DNA of 64,000 nucleotides from a virus (lineage: Duplodnaviria; Caudoviricetes). The stretch spans positions 1,337-65,336 of IMG/VR virus record IMGVR_UViG_3300034103_001892. The stretch is one strand, 5' to 3'. The position numbers and the translations under genes were made by a program. Below the pieces are notes generated by a model, which saw nothing but the letters and a program-made list of their open reading frames with translations, was not told the DNA's origin and searched no databases. Shown here piece by piece: positions 1-9,953 of this stretch (position 1 is its first letter; each line of letters starts with the position of its first letter).

Positions 1-1008
1 GCGCCACTGAGGCACATTGTAGTTAGGACTGATTTGTAAAGCAGGAGTATAATAACTTCTTTCAACAATACCAAGTGTGGTTAGTGGTGTACCAGACACG
101 TTTTCAATTGTGACAATACCACCTTCAGCTGTGGAACCATCGCTGGTAGCATCGCTGTCAGCATAGATTGTGAATCTACCACCAACATTCTGAGCTATCA
201 CGCCTGCAATACTTGCAGCATTGATTTGAGTTACCAAATTATCAATGGTGTTGTCTGGAGCTCCTGGAATAGTAAATGCAGTTCCGTTGATACTTAAAAC
301 TTGTCCGGGGGTAATTGATGTTGGAGCCTGTGTGCCTTGCACGGTTGGCCAGCTCAACTTCCATGCGTCGCTGCCGACTAGTACCCATTCATTTACACTG
401 TTTTTGTAGTAAACTGGATTGTTTACATTTGTTGCGTTAACTGCATAATCACCAATGCTGCCCACACTCTGCAGGGGCACTGTACTAGGTGCAGATTCAA
501 TCTGTAGAGTTGAAGTTATAACCAACGGTGTTTGCAATGTGAACACGTTTGTGGTGCCATTCCACTGGAACACACCCCACTGACTGTCAGATGTGTTCAG
601 CCAATAAGTACCATCAGCCGGAGCACCAACTGGTCGGTTAAGGCTAGCAGATAATTCTGTTAAATTGATATCAACACGTTGAACGTACACACGATTAGTC
701 AATCCCAACGCACTGTACGCAGCCAGCAAACCATATTCATTGAGTTCATAACCGTTGATTGGTGTGCCAGTAGTGGTTTTATAGAAAAACGGCACACCAA
801 ACAAATTCACTAGCTCGCGTTGACTGGTAACTGTGTAAAGTTTGTTAGCATTGGCCTTGAGTGTGCCAACTGCTGTTACACCCTGAGGGTTAGCTTTGTT
901 CTGAGCTGAAGCTACAAGAATAAAAGGAACACTGTTTACTGCTGAAGGTAAGTAATTACTTTCATCAATAACTGTTACTGATACGCCCGGTGATGTTAGT
1001 AATGCCAT
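1..1008 (-). CDS. gp18: Tail sheath protein (T4 gp18-like), 5' part; runs off the left edge
   Basis: Read by hand: MALLTSPGVSVTVIDESNYLPSAVNSVPFILVASAQNK...ELVNLFGVPFFYK...ELNEYGLLAAYSALG...RVYVQRVD, a typical T4-like sheath N-terminus. AAGGA RBS and TAAATA lie upstream. Confidence 0.9.
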   Translation of the reverse strand, partial: MALLTSPGVSVTVIDESNYLPSAVNSVPFILVASAQNKANPQGVTAVGTLKANANKLYTVTSQRELVNLFGVPFFYKTTTGTPINGYELNEYGLLAAYSALGLTNRVYVQRVDINLTELSASLNRPVGAPADGTYWLNTSDSQWGVFQWNGTTNVFTLQTPLVITSTLQIESAPSTVPLQSVGSIGDYAVNATNVNNPVYYKNSVNEWVLVGSDAWKLSWPTVQGTQAPTSITPGQVLSINGTAFTIPGAPDNTIDNLVTQINAASIAGVIAQNVGGRFTIYADSDATSDGSTAEGGIVTIENVSGTPLTTLGIVERSYYTPALQISPNYNVPQWR

Positions 1009-1104
1009 TTGACAATCCTTTAAAAAGTTAACAATATTTATGGGATTGCCAAAAAAATCCGTTGTTACGCCTCCCTTTGCAAAGGTTCGTGTTTAAATAA
1101 AGAA

Positions 1105-1452
1105 ATGAAACGTCCTTTGTGTCCAGTATGCAAGCAACGCCCGCGGGCTATTAACTACTATCGCGACGAAATAGCTCATTTCCGAACCAAATGTGAACAC
1201 TGCCTAAGACGTAACAAAAACATTAAACCACCAGTGCCACGATGGTCTTTACGGGGATATCAAAAAAAATTGCACTGCGACCTGTGCAATTTCAAGGCCA
1301 GATACACAAGCCAAACTGTGGTATATCACATGGACGGAAATCTAAACAACGCAGAATTAAGCAATTTGCGATCAGTGTGCCGCAACTGCATTGAAGTAGT
1401 CACTAGATCTGATTTAACGTGGCGTAGGGGTGATTTGGAGCCGGACGTGTAG
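1105..1452 (+). CDS. Zn-finger / HNH-like endonuclease
   Basis: Several CxxC pairs and YHMDGNLNNAELSNLRSVCRNC (HNH-like motif). TAAATA 5 nt upstream of the ATG. Confidence 0.7.
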   Translation: MKRPLCPVCKQRPRAINYYRDEIAHFRTKCEHCLRRNKNIKPPVPRWSLRGYQKKLHCDLCNFKARYTSQTVVYHMDGNLNNAELSNLRSVCRNCIEVVTRSDLTWRRGDLEPDV

Positions 1453-1951
1453 TTAACAAGCATTTCATAAGCTCTACAGTATTACGTCTTAGATCATCAA
1501 GTGTGCCATTGTTGTCAATAACATAGTCTGCCATCCAAATTTCTAAATTCATACTGGATCGAGCTTCTTGGGGTAGATGATCGCTTCTGTCAACCCAAAT
1601 TGCATAGTCAAAAACACCAGTGTTACGCATGGCATGAAATTCACTTTTGTTTCTGAGCCCGCAGTATATTGTGTTTTCTGCAAAAATTTCCCTACCCAGT
1701 TTTGCAAAGTCATCGCGACAATATTCATGAATCATGTCGTACCATTTTGATCTATGATTGTGCCTGTCCTCAAAGCACTGTTTGTAACTTGTGTACCCAT
1801 ACTTTGACTTCAATTCATCATAGATAAATTTTTCTGCACAAAAATCAGAGCTTGATCTAAAAGAATAGTCAAATTCTTCACACAGGATTTCACACACAGT
1901 GTCTTTGCCATGTCGAGCATGGCCAATAATCAGTAGTTTAGGTAAGATCAT
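1403..1951 (-). CDS. dNMP kinase-like P-loop protein (T4 gp1-like)
   Basis: Walker A IIGHARHGKDT and C-terminal ADYVIDNNGTLDDL, both typical of phage dNMP kinases. Confidence 0.7.
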   Translation of the reverse strand: MILPKLLIIGHARHGKDTVCEILCEEFDYSFRSSSDFCAEKFIYDELKSKYGYTSYKQCFEDRHNHRSKWYDMIHEYCRDDFAKLGREIFAENTIYCGLRNKSEFHAMRNTGVFDYAIWVDRSDHLPQEARSSMNLEIWMADYVIDNNGTLDDLRRNTVELMKCLLTTRPAPNHPYATLNQI

Positions 1952-2466
1952 ACAAGTTCTTTGATTTTTAGGTATTCTAAAGCGTCGTGCAACAAATCAA
2001 TTTGTCGACGACAGTCTTCTAGCGCATGGTGACTCGCTGGGTACTTGTTTAGACCGGGAACCAATCCGTACACTGTACGAGCATCACGTATCTTAAAGTA
2101 CTGCCAAGGCAAGGGCATGTTATAGCTTTTGTAGGCGTGCTCTAGGATATTAGCATCGTAGGTAGGACCGTTCATCCACACGCGATTGCATTGCCAGCAA
2201 AGTTTGTGTAATTCCTGAAGAGCTTGCTGTAAGGGAATCCTGTTTTCTGGATTAAATGCTTCAATTTGTGCTTGAGTTTGAGTTGCCCACCAATCAATGG
2301 TACCCTGCTCTATTGCTCTGTGTTCTTGACTTTCCAGTGTGACACGAGCATAGTATTGTTGACGATAATACCCTCTAGAGAACGGATCAAAACACTGAGC
2401 TGCTATGGTTAAAATAGTAGCATCAGGGCCAGTGGCCAAACCTTCAATGTCAATCATTACGTCCAT
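1948..2466 (-). CDS. DEDDh 3'-5' exonuclease (DexA / RNase AS-like)
   Basis: MIDIEGL, WMNGPTYD, RDART and HHALEDC motifs. Confidence 0.85.
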   Translation of the reverse strand: MDVMIDIEGLATGPDATILTIAAQCFDPFSRGYYRQQYYARVTLESQEHRAIEQGTIDWWATQTQAQIEAFNPENRIPLQQALQELHKLCWQCNRVWMNGPTYDANILEHAYKSYNMPLPWQYFKIRDARTVYGLVPGLNKYPASHHALEDCRRQIDLLHDALEYLKIKELV

Positions 2467-2471
2467 GCTAG

Positions 2472-2500
2472 ATTATAGCAGGACTAAACTGTGATGTCAA
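2472..2500 (-). promoter_or_regulatory. Consensus sigma70-type early promoter
   Basis: Minus strand TTGACA (2500-2495), 17-nt spacer, TATAAT (2477-2472) with extended TG. The ATG at 2466 sits at the expected start site. Confidence 0.85.
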
Positions 2501-3283
2501 TTAGCCTATTACCCAAGTCAGCGGTTGACTTGCATCTACATACATTTTGAGATCTTCAATACACTTGTCCATTTCAGCCTGCGCCTGAGTTTTCAAAGCT
2601 TGACCGTTGAGTGTGGCTCCGCCCTGTGGACCAGCATATTGAGCAAATTTCTCCCTTGCTTCGCCAAGCATCATTCTAGATGCTGCCAACATATAATCTC
2701 TAATCCATTGGCTGATTTGATAATCGCTGAGCAAATTGATTTCTGGTTTTAGATTGTAGCTCCAAATCAAAACATCTTCGCCACTGCCCTTGGGATCTCG
2801 TATGATCTGAAGTTTTTTAGTTACTGGGTTAAACGTGTAGTTCAAATAGCCACCAAACATTCTAGCAGCCAATTCTACATATTGTGTGTAAAAATCATAG
2901 GTAGCCAATCCACCACTTTGATTAAAGTTCAACAAATACACCTGCATCTGTGCTTGACTAAAGGGATCAAAGTTGCTGGCAAAGGGACCAGTGGCCAAAC
3001 CAAACTGGCGTCTAAACAGTTGTCTAACGCTGATTACTTCTTGTGGCAAGGTATAGATATCAACGTCTTGTATGAGTTGAAAAAAACTGTAGCTTTCTTC
3101 GTAGGCGTTGTTAGCTCGTTGACGATATACCCCTAATGAGCGTTGATACGCAGTTTCGTAGTGTTCTGGGTCAAGTTCAATATCAATCATTTGATCGCCC
3201 AGATTGAATCTAACATAATCTATTAGATTTTGTTTCAGCAACTGTAACGATGTTTGATCGCTTTGTTGATTTTCAGTAGACAT
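2501..3283 (-). CDS. gp13: Neck protein (T4 gp13-like)
   Basis: LGDQMIDIELDPEH...WIRDYMLA...MLGEAREKF...GGATLNGQALK, the gp13 pattern. Confidence 0.8.
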   Translation of the reverse strand: MSTENQQSDQTSLQLLKQNLIDYVRFNLGDQMIDIELDPEHYETAYQRSLGVYRQRANNAYEESYSFFQLIQDVDIYTLPQEVISVRQLFRRQFGLATGPFASNFDPFSQAQMQVYLLNFNQSGGLATYDFYTQYVELAARMFGGYLNYTFNPVTKKLQIIRDPKGSGEDVLIWSYNLKPEINLLSDYQISQWIRDYMLAASRMMLGEAREKFAQYAGPQGGATLNGQALKTQAQAEMDKCIEDLKMYVDASQPLTWVIG

Positions 3284-3321
3284 AGTGGCTCCGGATATAA
3301 TATTTATTGTCCGGAAGAGCT

Positions 3322-4452
3322 TTACCAGGCTCTTAAAATCACAAGATTTTCAGAACCCCTGCCGTTCCATGCTGTTTCTGTGGCCTTGATATCTTTGTAG
3401 GTTTTTCTGGCAGCTGGTTTCCCACCGTTGATCACTGCTTTTAACTGTTCTGCTGGTTTACGCAGGGTTTTTTGTTGAGTTTCAGCTAGGCTATATCCAA
3501 CCACTGTGTTGTTTTTGATGCTAAAAGTTTTAGCGTACTCATCAGCAACCAGGTGTATGATCTTGCGCTTTTTTGTATCATACAACCAAGCTTCTGTTTT
3601 GTCCACAAGTTGACTTGCTGGCAAAGATTTTAAAGATAGTTCTGCAAACTCTGTACAAATCTTAAACTTAGCAGCTCGCTTTTCAGGAGTGACAGGTTTA
3701 ACTTTGCGTGGTTTTCTTTCAACTTTTTTAAGTTGGATATAACTACCACAATCAGCTAAAACAAGTTCACAGAACTTTACACAATTACGCAATTGTATTT
3801 TAGAAAGATGACTGTATCCTGCCACAAGATCAGCATCCTTGCCAGCAACAACATCATCAAATTCTGATAATCTACGTTGCCAGATATCTTTGATATATCC
3901 AATCAGTTGCGGCGCTATGTTCATACTACGCAAAACTGACACGGGTTTGAAATCAGCACCAAGCTTGGCTCCGGCACCAATAAAATCATCAAACAACCCA
4001 TCTAGTTCACCTGCACACTCAACCACTCGCTCACGTAGTCGGTCTTGAATGTTGGGTTTGGCTGCGGATTCTGGTTCTTCAACACTTTCAACCACTGGTT
4101 GTTTGTAATGCAAAAATGTGTCCAACATAGAGTCTAGTTTTTTCTGCTCGCTGGCGGTTAGCACAAGACCTAGATCCACCATGCGGCATAACCAACCCAC
4201 TGTGGGCACAATTTGACTGTCGCTGAGAGACCTAATTTTTTTAGCGTCCTTGGCCCTGTCATGTCTGTCAAGGTAACTTATGATCATGTCCTTGGCATCT
4301 TTTTTGCTGTAGAAGTAATGATACCAGTTGAATGCATAAGTTAACTTGGACAACCGATCTTCTAACGGTTGAACTGCCCAAGTTGGCTCGTTGCCTGTGT
4401 ATTTTGTATCCGGGCTACGCGGGTTTAACAATTTGATCGCTGCTTGTTTCAT
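3322..4452 (-). CDS. Conserved T4-like phage hypothetical protein
   Basis: 376-aa ORF with GGAG RBS and a sigma70-type promoter. C-terminal WLYDTKKRK...KTLRKP...NGR pattern. No function recognised. Confidence 0.6.
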   Translation of the reverse strand: MKQAAIKLLNPRSPDTKYTGNEPTWAVQPLEDRLSKLTYAFNWYHYFYSKKDAKDMIISYLDRHDRAKDAKKIRSLSDSQIVPTVGWLCRMVDLGLVLTASEQKKLDSMLDTFLHYKQPVVESVEEPESAAKPNIQDRLRERVVECAGELDGLFDDFIGAGAKLGADFKPVSVLRSMNIAPQLIGYIKDIWQRRLSEFDDVVAGKDADLVAGYSHLSKIQLRNCVKFCELVLADCGSYIQLKKVERKPRKVKPVTPEKRAAKFKICTEFAELSLKSLPASQLVDKTEAWLYDTKKRKIIHLVADEYAKTFSIKNNTVVGYSLAETQQKTLRKPAEQLKAVINGGKPAARKTYKDIKATETAWNGRGSENLVILRAW

Positions 4453-4492
4453 ACTGTCTCCTTGTAGTAATTATAATTACTGTATTGCCTGT

Positions 4493-4521
4493 ATTATAAC
4501 AGGTTGTGAATATTTGGTCAA
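4493..4521 (-). promoter_or_regulatory. sigma70-type promoter
   Basis: Minus strand TTGACC, 17-nt spacer, TATAAT, upstream of 3322..4452. Confidence 0.75.
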
Positions 4522-4541
4522 CTGCCCATAAATATAGCATT

Positions 4542-5879
4542 ATGCCAAGATTATCCCTTTATCGCCCAAATCGAACCTGGGACTACCAGTTCTTAGATCG
4601 TTCTATCCGCGAAATGTACACAGTGGGTGGGCTGGATATCTTTGTACACAAGTATCTTGGCCCAAAAACCTACCCCGATGACAGTCAAGAAGATGACAGC
4701 GGAATTGGCCCTAATTTTGATGCCACACTGCCAAAATACAATCAAAGTAATCCTTTGTTTATAGAGGATCTACTGCTGCTTGAAAACCGAGATCGAAAGT
4801 ACGATCCTGATGTTTACGTTATGCGCGGTGTGTACAAGCATCAAGACATTGATTTTGATTTAACACAATTTGGGCTGTTTTTAAACAATGATACTTTGTT
4901 TATAACGTTTCACTACAATGACATGATTGACACTTTTCAACGCAAGTTGATGTCGGGTGACGTTTTAGAAGTTCCTAATCTCAAAGACTATCATCCCTTG
5001 AATCAAAATATCCCAGAGGCCTTGCCCAGATATTACGTGATTCAAGACGCTAACTACGCTAGTGAAGGTTTTAGTCAAACATGGTTGCCGCATCTATGGC
5101 GTGTGAAAGCCACACCCATGGTCAATGCCCAAGAGTTTCAAGACATTTTGAATAAGCCATTTGTCAAAGACACAGACTGGGATCCGGGAAATTACTATCC
5201 ATTTGGTAGCATTGTAAATCAAGAGGGCGGTTACTATATTGCTATAAAAAATGTACCTGGTGGAACAGAATACACCAACACAGAATATTGGCGTCCATAT
5301 ACTCCGCTGACTGCTGCTGATTTAACTACCACAAGACCAAAAGATTTAGAAATCAATGATGCAATTTTGATACAAGCAGAATACGAAGTTCCCAAGAGCG
5401 GATATGACACAGTAAAGTTTTACATACTGCCAACCAACCCAAATGGTTCACCAGCAGATCCTTCTGAATACACAGCGGATTATACCTTCAGTGATGCCAG
5501 TAGAACTTTAAGCAACACACAGGATCAACTTACTCCAACCAGTGATGGTTATACCACAGGATACCTAACCGGCGACGGTATAGCCCCTAATGGCTTGCCG
5601 GTTACACCTGGCATAAGTTTTCCACCAAATCCCACTCTTGGAGATTATGCACTAAGATTAGATTACTTTCCTCATAGACTGTTTAGATATGACGGTGCAA
5701 GATGGACAAAGATTGAAGAAGTGGTACGCACACAACTAACACCTGGACCAGAAAATCAAACATTGCGTTCAAGCTTTGTTAACAACACAAATGTTACTCA
5801 AACCAACGACCGAGGTCCTATACCACAACGTCAAAGCCTAAGTCAAGCTTTGAAACCAAAAGCTGATAACGGAGGTTAA
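4542..5879 (+). CDS. Neck / head-completion protein (T4 gp14-like)
   Basis: MPRLSLYRP...LLLLENRDRKYD...FDLTQFGLFL...GDVLEVP. Start moved to ATG 4542, just after TAAATA at 4529-4534. Confidence 0.7.
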   Translation: MPRLSLYRPNRTWDYQFLDRSIREMYTVGGLDIFVHKYLGPKTYPDDSQEDDSGIGPNFDATLPKYNQSNPLFIEDLLLLENRDRKYDPDVYVMRGVYKHQDIDFDLTQFGLFLNNDTLFITFHYNDMIDTFQRKLMSGDVLEVPNLKDYHPLNQNIPEALPRYYVIQDANYASEGFSQTWLPHLWRVKATPMVNAQEFQDILNKPFVKDTDWDPGNYYPFGSIVNQEGGYYIAIKNVPGGTEYTNTEYWRPYTPLTAADLTTTRPKDLEINDAILIQAEYEVPKSGYDTVKFYILPTNPNGSPADPSEYTADYTFSDASRTLSNTQDQLTPTSDGYTTGYLTGDGIAPNGLPVTPGISFPPNPTLGDYALRLDYFPHRLFRYDGARWTKIEEVVRTQLTPGPENQTLRSSFVNNTNVTQTNDRGPIPQRQSLSQALKPKADNGG

Positions 5880-5881
5880 TT

Positions 5882-7321
5882 TTGCAACAGTTTTTTTATG
5901 ATTCACAGATACGTAGGTTTTTGTTGCAATTTACTAGAATGTTGAGCAACTTCCAAGTCGAGTACGGTCGTGATGAAGCAGGCAATGTAACTGAAGACAC
6001 ACTGGTTAGAGTACCAATTAGATATGGCGACGCATCGCGCCAGGCGCAAACCATAATTCAACAGAACTCTGCGAACCAGATGCCAAGCACCCCACTTATG
6101 ACATATTACGTTGGTGCATTGACATATGACAGAGAAAGAGTTCAAGAACCATACTTTGTTGATCGTATTAATGTGCGTCAACGTTACTACGATGTTGAGA
6201 CCAATACCTATGAAGTAACCCAGGGCAATGCTTTCACTGTGGAAAGACTAATGCCAGTGCCTTACAAACTGTCTTTGAATCTTGACATCTGGACCAGCAA
6301 CACCAATCAAAAGATGCAATTGCTTGAACAGATACTTACACTGTTCAACCCTAGTTTAGAAATACAAAGCAGTGAAAACTATATTGACTGGACTAGCCTA
6401 AGCGTGTGCTATCTTGATGATGTGTCCTGGAGCTCGCGTACCATACCAGTTGGATCAGAAAATCCCATTGATATCTGTACACTTAAATTCAGTTTACCAA
6501 TTTGGATAAGTTCGCCAGCAAAGATTAAAAAACTTGGTGTTGTGGAAAGAATCATTGCATCAGTTTATGATGGCACTGGAGATTTAATCAACGCAATAAC
6601 CAACAATGATCTACTGCTAGGAACAAGACAAAAATTCACGCCATTTAACTACCAAGTGTTTTTGCTCAACGGTCAACTACAAATTTTACAACCAGCTGAT
6701 GTGATCAGCGAACCAATCACTAGTTTGGAACCACCCAATTCACCTGTGGCTGATCAAACTACTTGGCCAGCTGTGATTAACATGTACGGATTGCTGCGCC
6801 CAGGAATAAGTTATATAAGTTTGGACAATCCATGGAATCCTGATACTGAGATTATTGGGTTTGTCACTGTTAATCCAGCAGATGAAAGATTTTTGCTATT
6901 TCAAGTTGATCCAGACACAGCGCCAGCCAACACTCTTGAACCAATCACAGCCATAATCAATCCTTTGCTAAGTGGTCCTGGCGACGGACTAGACTCTAGT
7001 TTATTGGGTCAAAGATATCTGCTGACCGAAGACACAGGAAATGTAAACAACACCGCAAATCCAACAGGGTGGCAAGGGCTACAAGGACAACCATTGATTG
7101 CCAAGGCCAATGATATCATAGAATACAATGGTTCACGTTGGATAGTGGTTTTTAACAGCGAGCAAATGCTTGAACCACAATACGTTACAAACATGGTCAC
7201 TGGCATTCAATACAAATGGATTCCACCTTTGATCGAAGATGGATTTGTAGCAGATCCTGGACAATGGGTTAAAAGCTATGATGGACTTTATAAAGGCGGC
7301 TCATGGAGTCTAACTCTTTAA
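5882..7321 (+). CDS. gp15: Tail sheath stabiliser / terminator (T4 gp15-like)
   Basis: FFYDSQIRRFLLQF...VPIRYG...MPVPYKL...QLLEQILTLFNP, the gp15 pattern, with a C-terminal extension. Confidence 0.8.
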   Translation: MQQFFYDSQIRRFLLQFTRMLSNFQVEYGRDEAGNVTEDTLVRVPIRYGDASRQAQTIIQQNSANQMPSTPLMTYYVGALTYDRERVQEPYFVDRINVRQRYYDVETNTYEVTQGNAFTVERLMPVPYKLSLNLDIWTSNTNQKMQLLEQILTLFNPSLEIQSSENYIDWTSLSVCYLDDVSWSSRTIPVGSENPIDICTLKFSLPIWISSPAKIKKLGVVERIIASVYDGTGDLINAITNNDLLLGTRQKFTPFNYQVFLLNGQLQILQPADVISEPITSLEPPNSPVADQTTWPAVINMYGLLRPGISYISLDNPWNPDTEIIGFVTVNPADERFLLFQVDPDTAPANTLEPITAIINPLLSGPGDGLDSSLLGQRYLLTEDTGNVNNTANPTGWQGLQGQPLIAKANDIIEYNGSRWIVVFNSEQMLEPQYVTNMVTGIQYKWIPPLIEDGFVADPGQWVKSYDGLYKGGSWSLTL

Positions 7322-7785
7322 ACGCAGTAGGAGTTTGGTTTTATTCAATTAGCACACATAGATATCTTTATCTAATACGCAATGACACCAAACACCCCGG
7401 TTCCTGGGGATTAGCAGGTGGGAAAGTAGAATTCAACGAAAGTTTACTAGACGCTATTCACCGTGAGTGTAAAGAAGAACTAGGGTTGGATTTTGTGAAT
7501 GCTAAATTCTTGCCAATTGAAAAATTTACAAGCACTGATCAACAATTTGCATATCACACTTTTTTCTGTCAGGTAGACAGAGAGTTTACTCCAAAATTAA
7601 ATCAAGAACACTGTGGTTACGCTTGGATTGAGTCTGGAACTTGGCCTAGGCCTTTACATCCTGGACTGTGGAACACCGTGAACATTGACGCCATACAGTC
7701 CAAAATTAACTTACTTGAAAAGAGATTAGAATCTACCAATTACTATATTGATGATTCCGCTGGTCCCGTTAAAATCTTCCAGTGA
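7303..7785 (+). CDS. NUDIX hydrolase
   Basis: Nudix box GGKVEFNESLLDAIHRECKEELG. Confidence 0.9.
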   Translation: MESNSLNAVGVWFYSISTHRYLYLIRNDTKHPGSWGLAGGKVEFNESLLDAIHRECKEELGLDFVNAKFLPIEKFTSTDQQFAYHTFFCQVDREFTPKLNQEHCGYAWIESGTWPRPLHPGLWNTVNIDAIQSKINLLEKRLESTNYYIDDSAGPVKIFQ

Positions 7786-8427
7786 CTTGCCTATAACACT
7801 GCCTACTTGTGGATTTTCTTCTGCTCTAGCTGTGCCATCACCATTGCTTACCACCATGTCGCCTTTGCGAATATTGCCAACTACCTTTGTGGGCACAAGT
7901 CCAGTCAATCCCACTGGCGTAGCAAAATCTCCAGGACAGGCTGAATTCATAAGATAACTTGGATTTGTACTGACCACACCAGCTACACGCTTGTCATTTA
8001 CAACCAAACTTTTTGTAATTTGCTTTTCTCCGCCAAAACTAACCACAGTACCTGGCTCGTAGTAGGCGTCTGCTTCATACATTTCTGCTAAGTCAGAATA
8101 CAAAGCAGAGGTTGAAGTAGCAAACACACGATTAAAATACGAAGTTGCACTGCCTATATTGCCAGTGGCATTAGCGCCGCCATTGGCAATCGCTATAGCC
8201 GCGTTGCCTGTGATTGTAATAGTTCCAGAAACAGTTGGCGAAGTCAGCGTCTTGTTACTCATGGTCTGAGTAGCAGACGTATTAATTATTGAAAATCCCC
8301 CCGCAGTGCTTCCATCATGTACACGCAAAGTATCAAGATCAGTGTCCACAGTGACTTCACCAACAGCTCCAGTAAATGAGTTGTTTTGCGAAGTTGTTCC
8401 GCGTCTTAATTGTACTTGAATAGCCAT
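7726..8427 (-). CDS. Fibre protein with Mtd-N-like N-terminus and a C-terminal intramolecular-chaperone-like domain
   Basis: QVQLRRGTT...GEVTVDTD..TLRVHDG.TAGG at the N-terminus. SDLAEMY...PGTVV...GVVSTNP...G.VP.KV.G.IRKGD at the C-terminus. Perfect TATAAATA at 8453-8446. Confidence 0.75.
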   Translation of the reverse strand: MAIQVQLRRGTTSQNNSFTGAVGEVTVDTDLDTLRVHDGSTAGGFSIINTSATQTMSNKTLTSPTVSGTITITGNAAIAIANGGANATGNIGSATSYFNRVFATSTSALYSDLAEMYEADAYYEPGTVVSFGGEKQITKSLVVNDKRVAGVVSTNPSYLMNSACPGDFATPVGLTGLVPTKVVGNIRKGDMVVSNGDGTARAEENPQVGSVIGKSLEDFNGTSGIINIVIGRF

Positions 8428-8476
8428 ATAGTATGTTCCTTGTTGTATTTATAATTTTGATCAGCGAAAAATGCTG

Positions 8477-8800
8477 CTAGGTGTTGGAATCCGCGTTTTG
8501 ATCTGGTTTAGGAAATTGGTTTTTAATCTCCAAAATACTGGCGTGCCATCCCTCATACCCTTGATGAAACAGCGTGTCAAGTTGCTGTTGTATGCTAGGA
8601 TAGGCTCTGGCTCTGTCCCTAGCGTACTGCACAGAATCATGCTTGGCACGAAGTCTTGCCATTTCAGCCTTGCATTCTATCTCTGTGGGAGGTGCGTTGT
8701 TGGGATCTTGCCAGTTCAATCCTGAATAGTCATCGCCGTTCAAGCTCCAAGATGATCCAGGGCGCAAACTAACCAATGCTGACGCTAAATCATACCCCAT
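8477..8800 (-). CDS. Tail fibre assembly protein (XkdW-like)
   Basis: AL..LRPG..W...Y..L.W...PPTE...YARDRARAYPSIQQQLDTLFH pattern, located downstream of the fibre genes. Confidence 0.65.
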   Translation of the reverse strand: MGYDLASALVSLRPGSSWSLNGDDYSGLNWQDPNNAPPTEIECKAEMARLRAKHDSVQYARDRARAYPSIQQQLDTLFHQGYEGWHASILEIKNQFPKPDQNADSNT

Positions 8801-8801
8801 T

Positions 8802-9371
8802 TTAATCTCCTAATCTGTAAATAAAATAATTTACCATACGACCAATATCACCTGTGGTGTTGCCGCAAAGTGATGCATAGTTAGTCCAACCGGGATTGCC
8901 ACCGCTGAAATCAGAACTCACAGTTTTACCGGAAGTGGACCAATGTTGAAGTTGATATGTGGCAGATGTGCTGTCCACTGTGTAGGTCACATAATAGTTC
9001 CATGCTGTGTTAGTATCTCCTGATCCGGTTCTAGCACTGACCCCCACGGCTGTGCTATTTCCAGCTTTGGTTACACCAAACACAGTCCAAAGATCACCAC
9101 CGCTGGCCTGACGGTATTGACAATTAATAACATAGTTGCCAGTATGGGTGTGTGTCCAAGTGGATGTTTGAGTGTTTGCAGTTATGTTTAAACTTGGACC
9201 AAGATTGTTAAACAGCATTTGAGTACCGTTGCCGGTGCTGGATATTGTCAAACTGCCGGCTGCATCGTTCACTGCATAGTACATGGTTGCATGAGCAAAC
9301 TTGATGCTGTTGGTGTTGATCTGATAAGTGTTACTGGTATTGGTAATTTGATCTACTCTAACTACGCTCAT
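8802..9371 (-). CDS. Small fibre-tip / receptor-binding-like protein
   Basis: MSVVRVDQI N-terminus shared with its neighbours; beta-rich, S/T/G/N-rich. Confidence 0.55.
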   Translation of the reverse strand: MSVVRVDQITNTSNTYQINTNSIKFAHATMYYAVNDAAGSLTISSTGNGTQMLFNNLGPSLNITANTQTSTWTHTHTGNYVINCQYRQASGGDLWTVFGVTKAGNSTAVGVSARTGSGDTNTAWNYYVTYTVDSTSATYQLQHWSTSGKTVSSDFSGGNPGWTNYASLCGNTTGDIGRMVNYFIYRLGD

Positions 9372-9395
9372 TTTTATTCCTTTTACAATCTAATA

Positions 9396-9953
9396 TTATT
9401 GTGCAACTTCAAATGCAGTGATTGTGGATATATACCTTCCTCCTGTTGCACTGTCTAAATCAGAAGGAGACCTATTGAGGTACACTGTGACAGTATTATC
9501 ATTATTAATCTGCAGTTTATAGGTAATTGGACTGGTGCTACCTGGACTGTCTAAAAAATTTGACGTAGCTGGCACATCCTGGTTGCCATCAACGGTATTA
9601 AAAGAACCAAACATACTGCTTTGTCTACTACCAGAGGCAGTACCATTGGCAATAACTGTGTTTGCACTAGGTATATTACGCAATAAACGGGCTTTTGCTG
9701 TTGTTCCGCTGCCACCAATAACTGCAGAGACTATGATCAAAACTCTACTGTTTGTTGTTCTAGGAGTAATTGTAACAGACATGCCTGTGACGTCAGTCCA
9801 GGTACCGTTAGGTGCAGCCGAAAAAGTATTAACCAGAGTAGTGCTTTGTACTTGTATTATGCTACCAGGGCTATAAACCACATTGCCAGAACTCACAGTG
9901 ATGACGCCGTTGGCCTGATTGCTTTGCAAATTGTTGACTAGTAGTGTACTCAT
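9396..9953 (-). CDS. Small fibre-tip paralogue
   Basis: MSTLLVNNL...PGSIIQVQ...SVTITP..TNSRVLI...STITAFEVAQ. Confidence 0.6.
   Translation of the reverse strand: MSTLLVNNLQSNQANGVITVSSGNVVYSPGSIIQVQSTTLVNTFSAAPNGTWTDVTGMSVTITPRTTNSRVLIIVSAVIGGSGTTAKARLLRNIPSANTVIANGTASGSRQSSMFGSFNTVDGNQDVPATSNFLDSPGSTSPITYKLQINNDNTVTVYLNRSPSDLDSATGGRYISTITAFEVAQ

Noticed and set aside
1105-1452. HNH-like gene as a mobile homing element or intron
   Set aside because: It is free-standing with its own promoter, does not interrupt a gene, and has no flanking intron structure.
1403-7785. Convergent 3' overlaps at 1403-1452 and 7726-7785
   Set aside because: Short tail overlaps are common in compact phage genomes; no sign of dual function.
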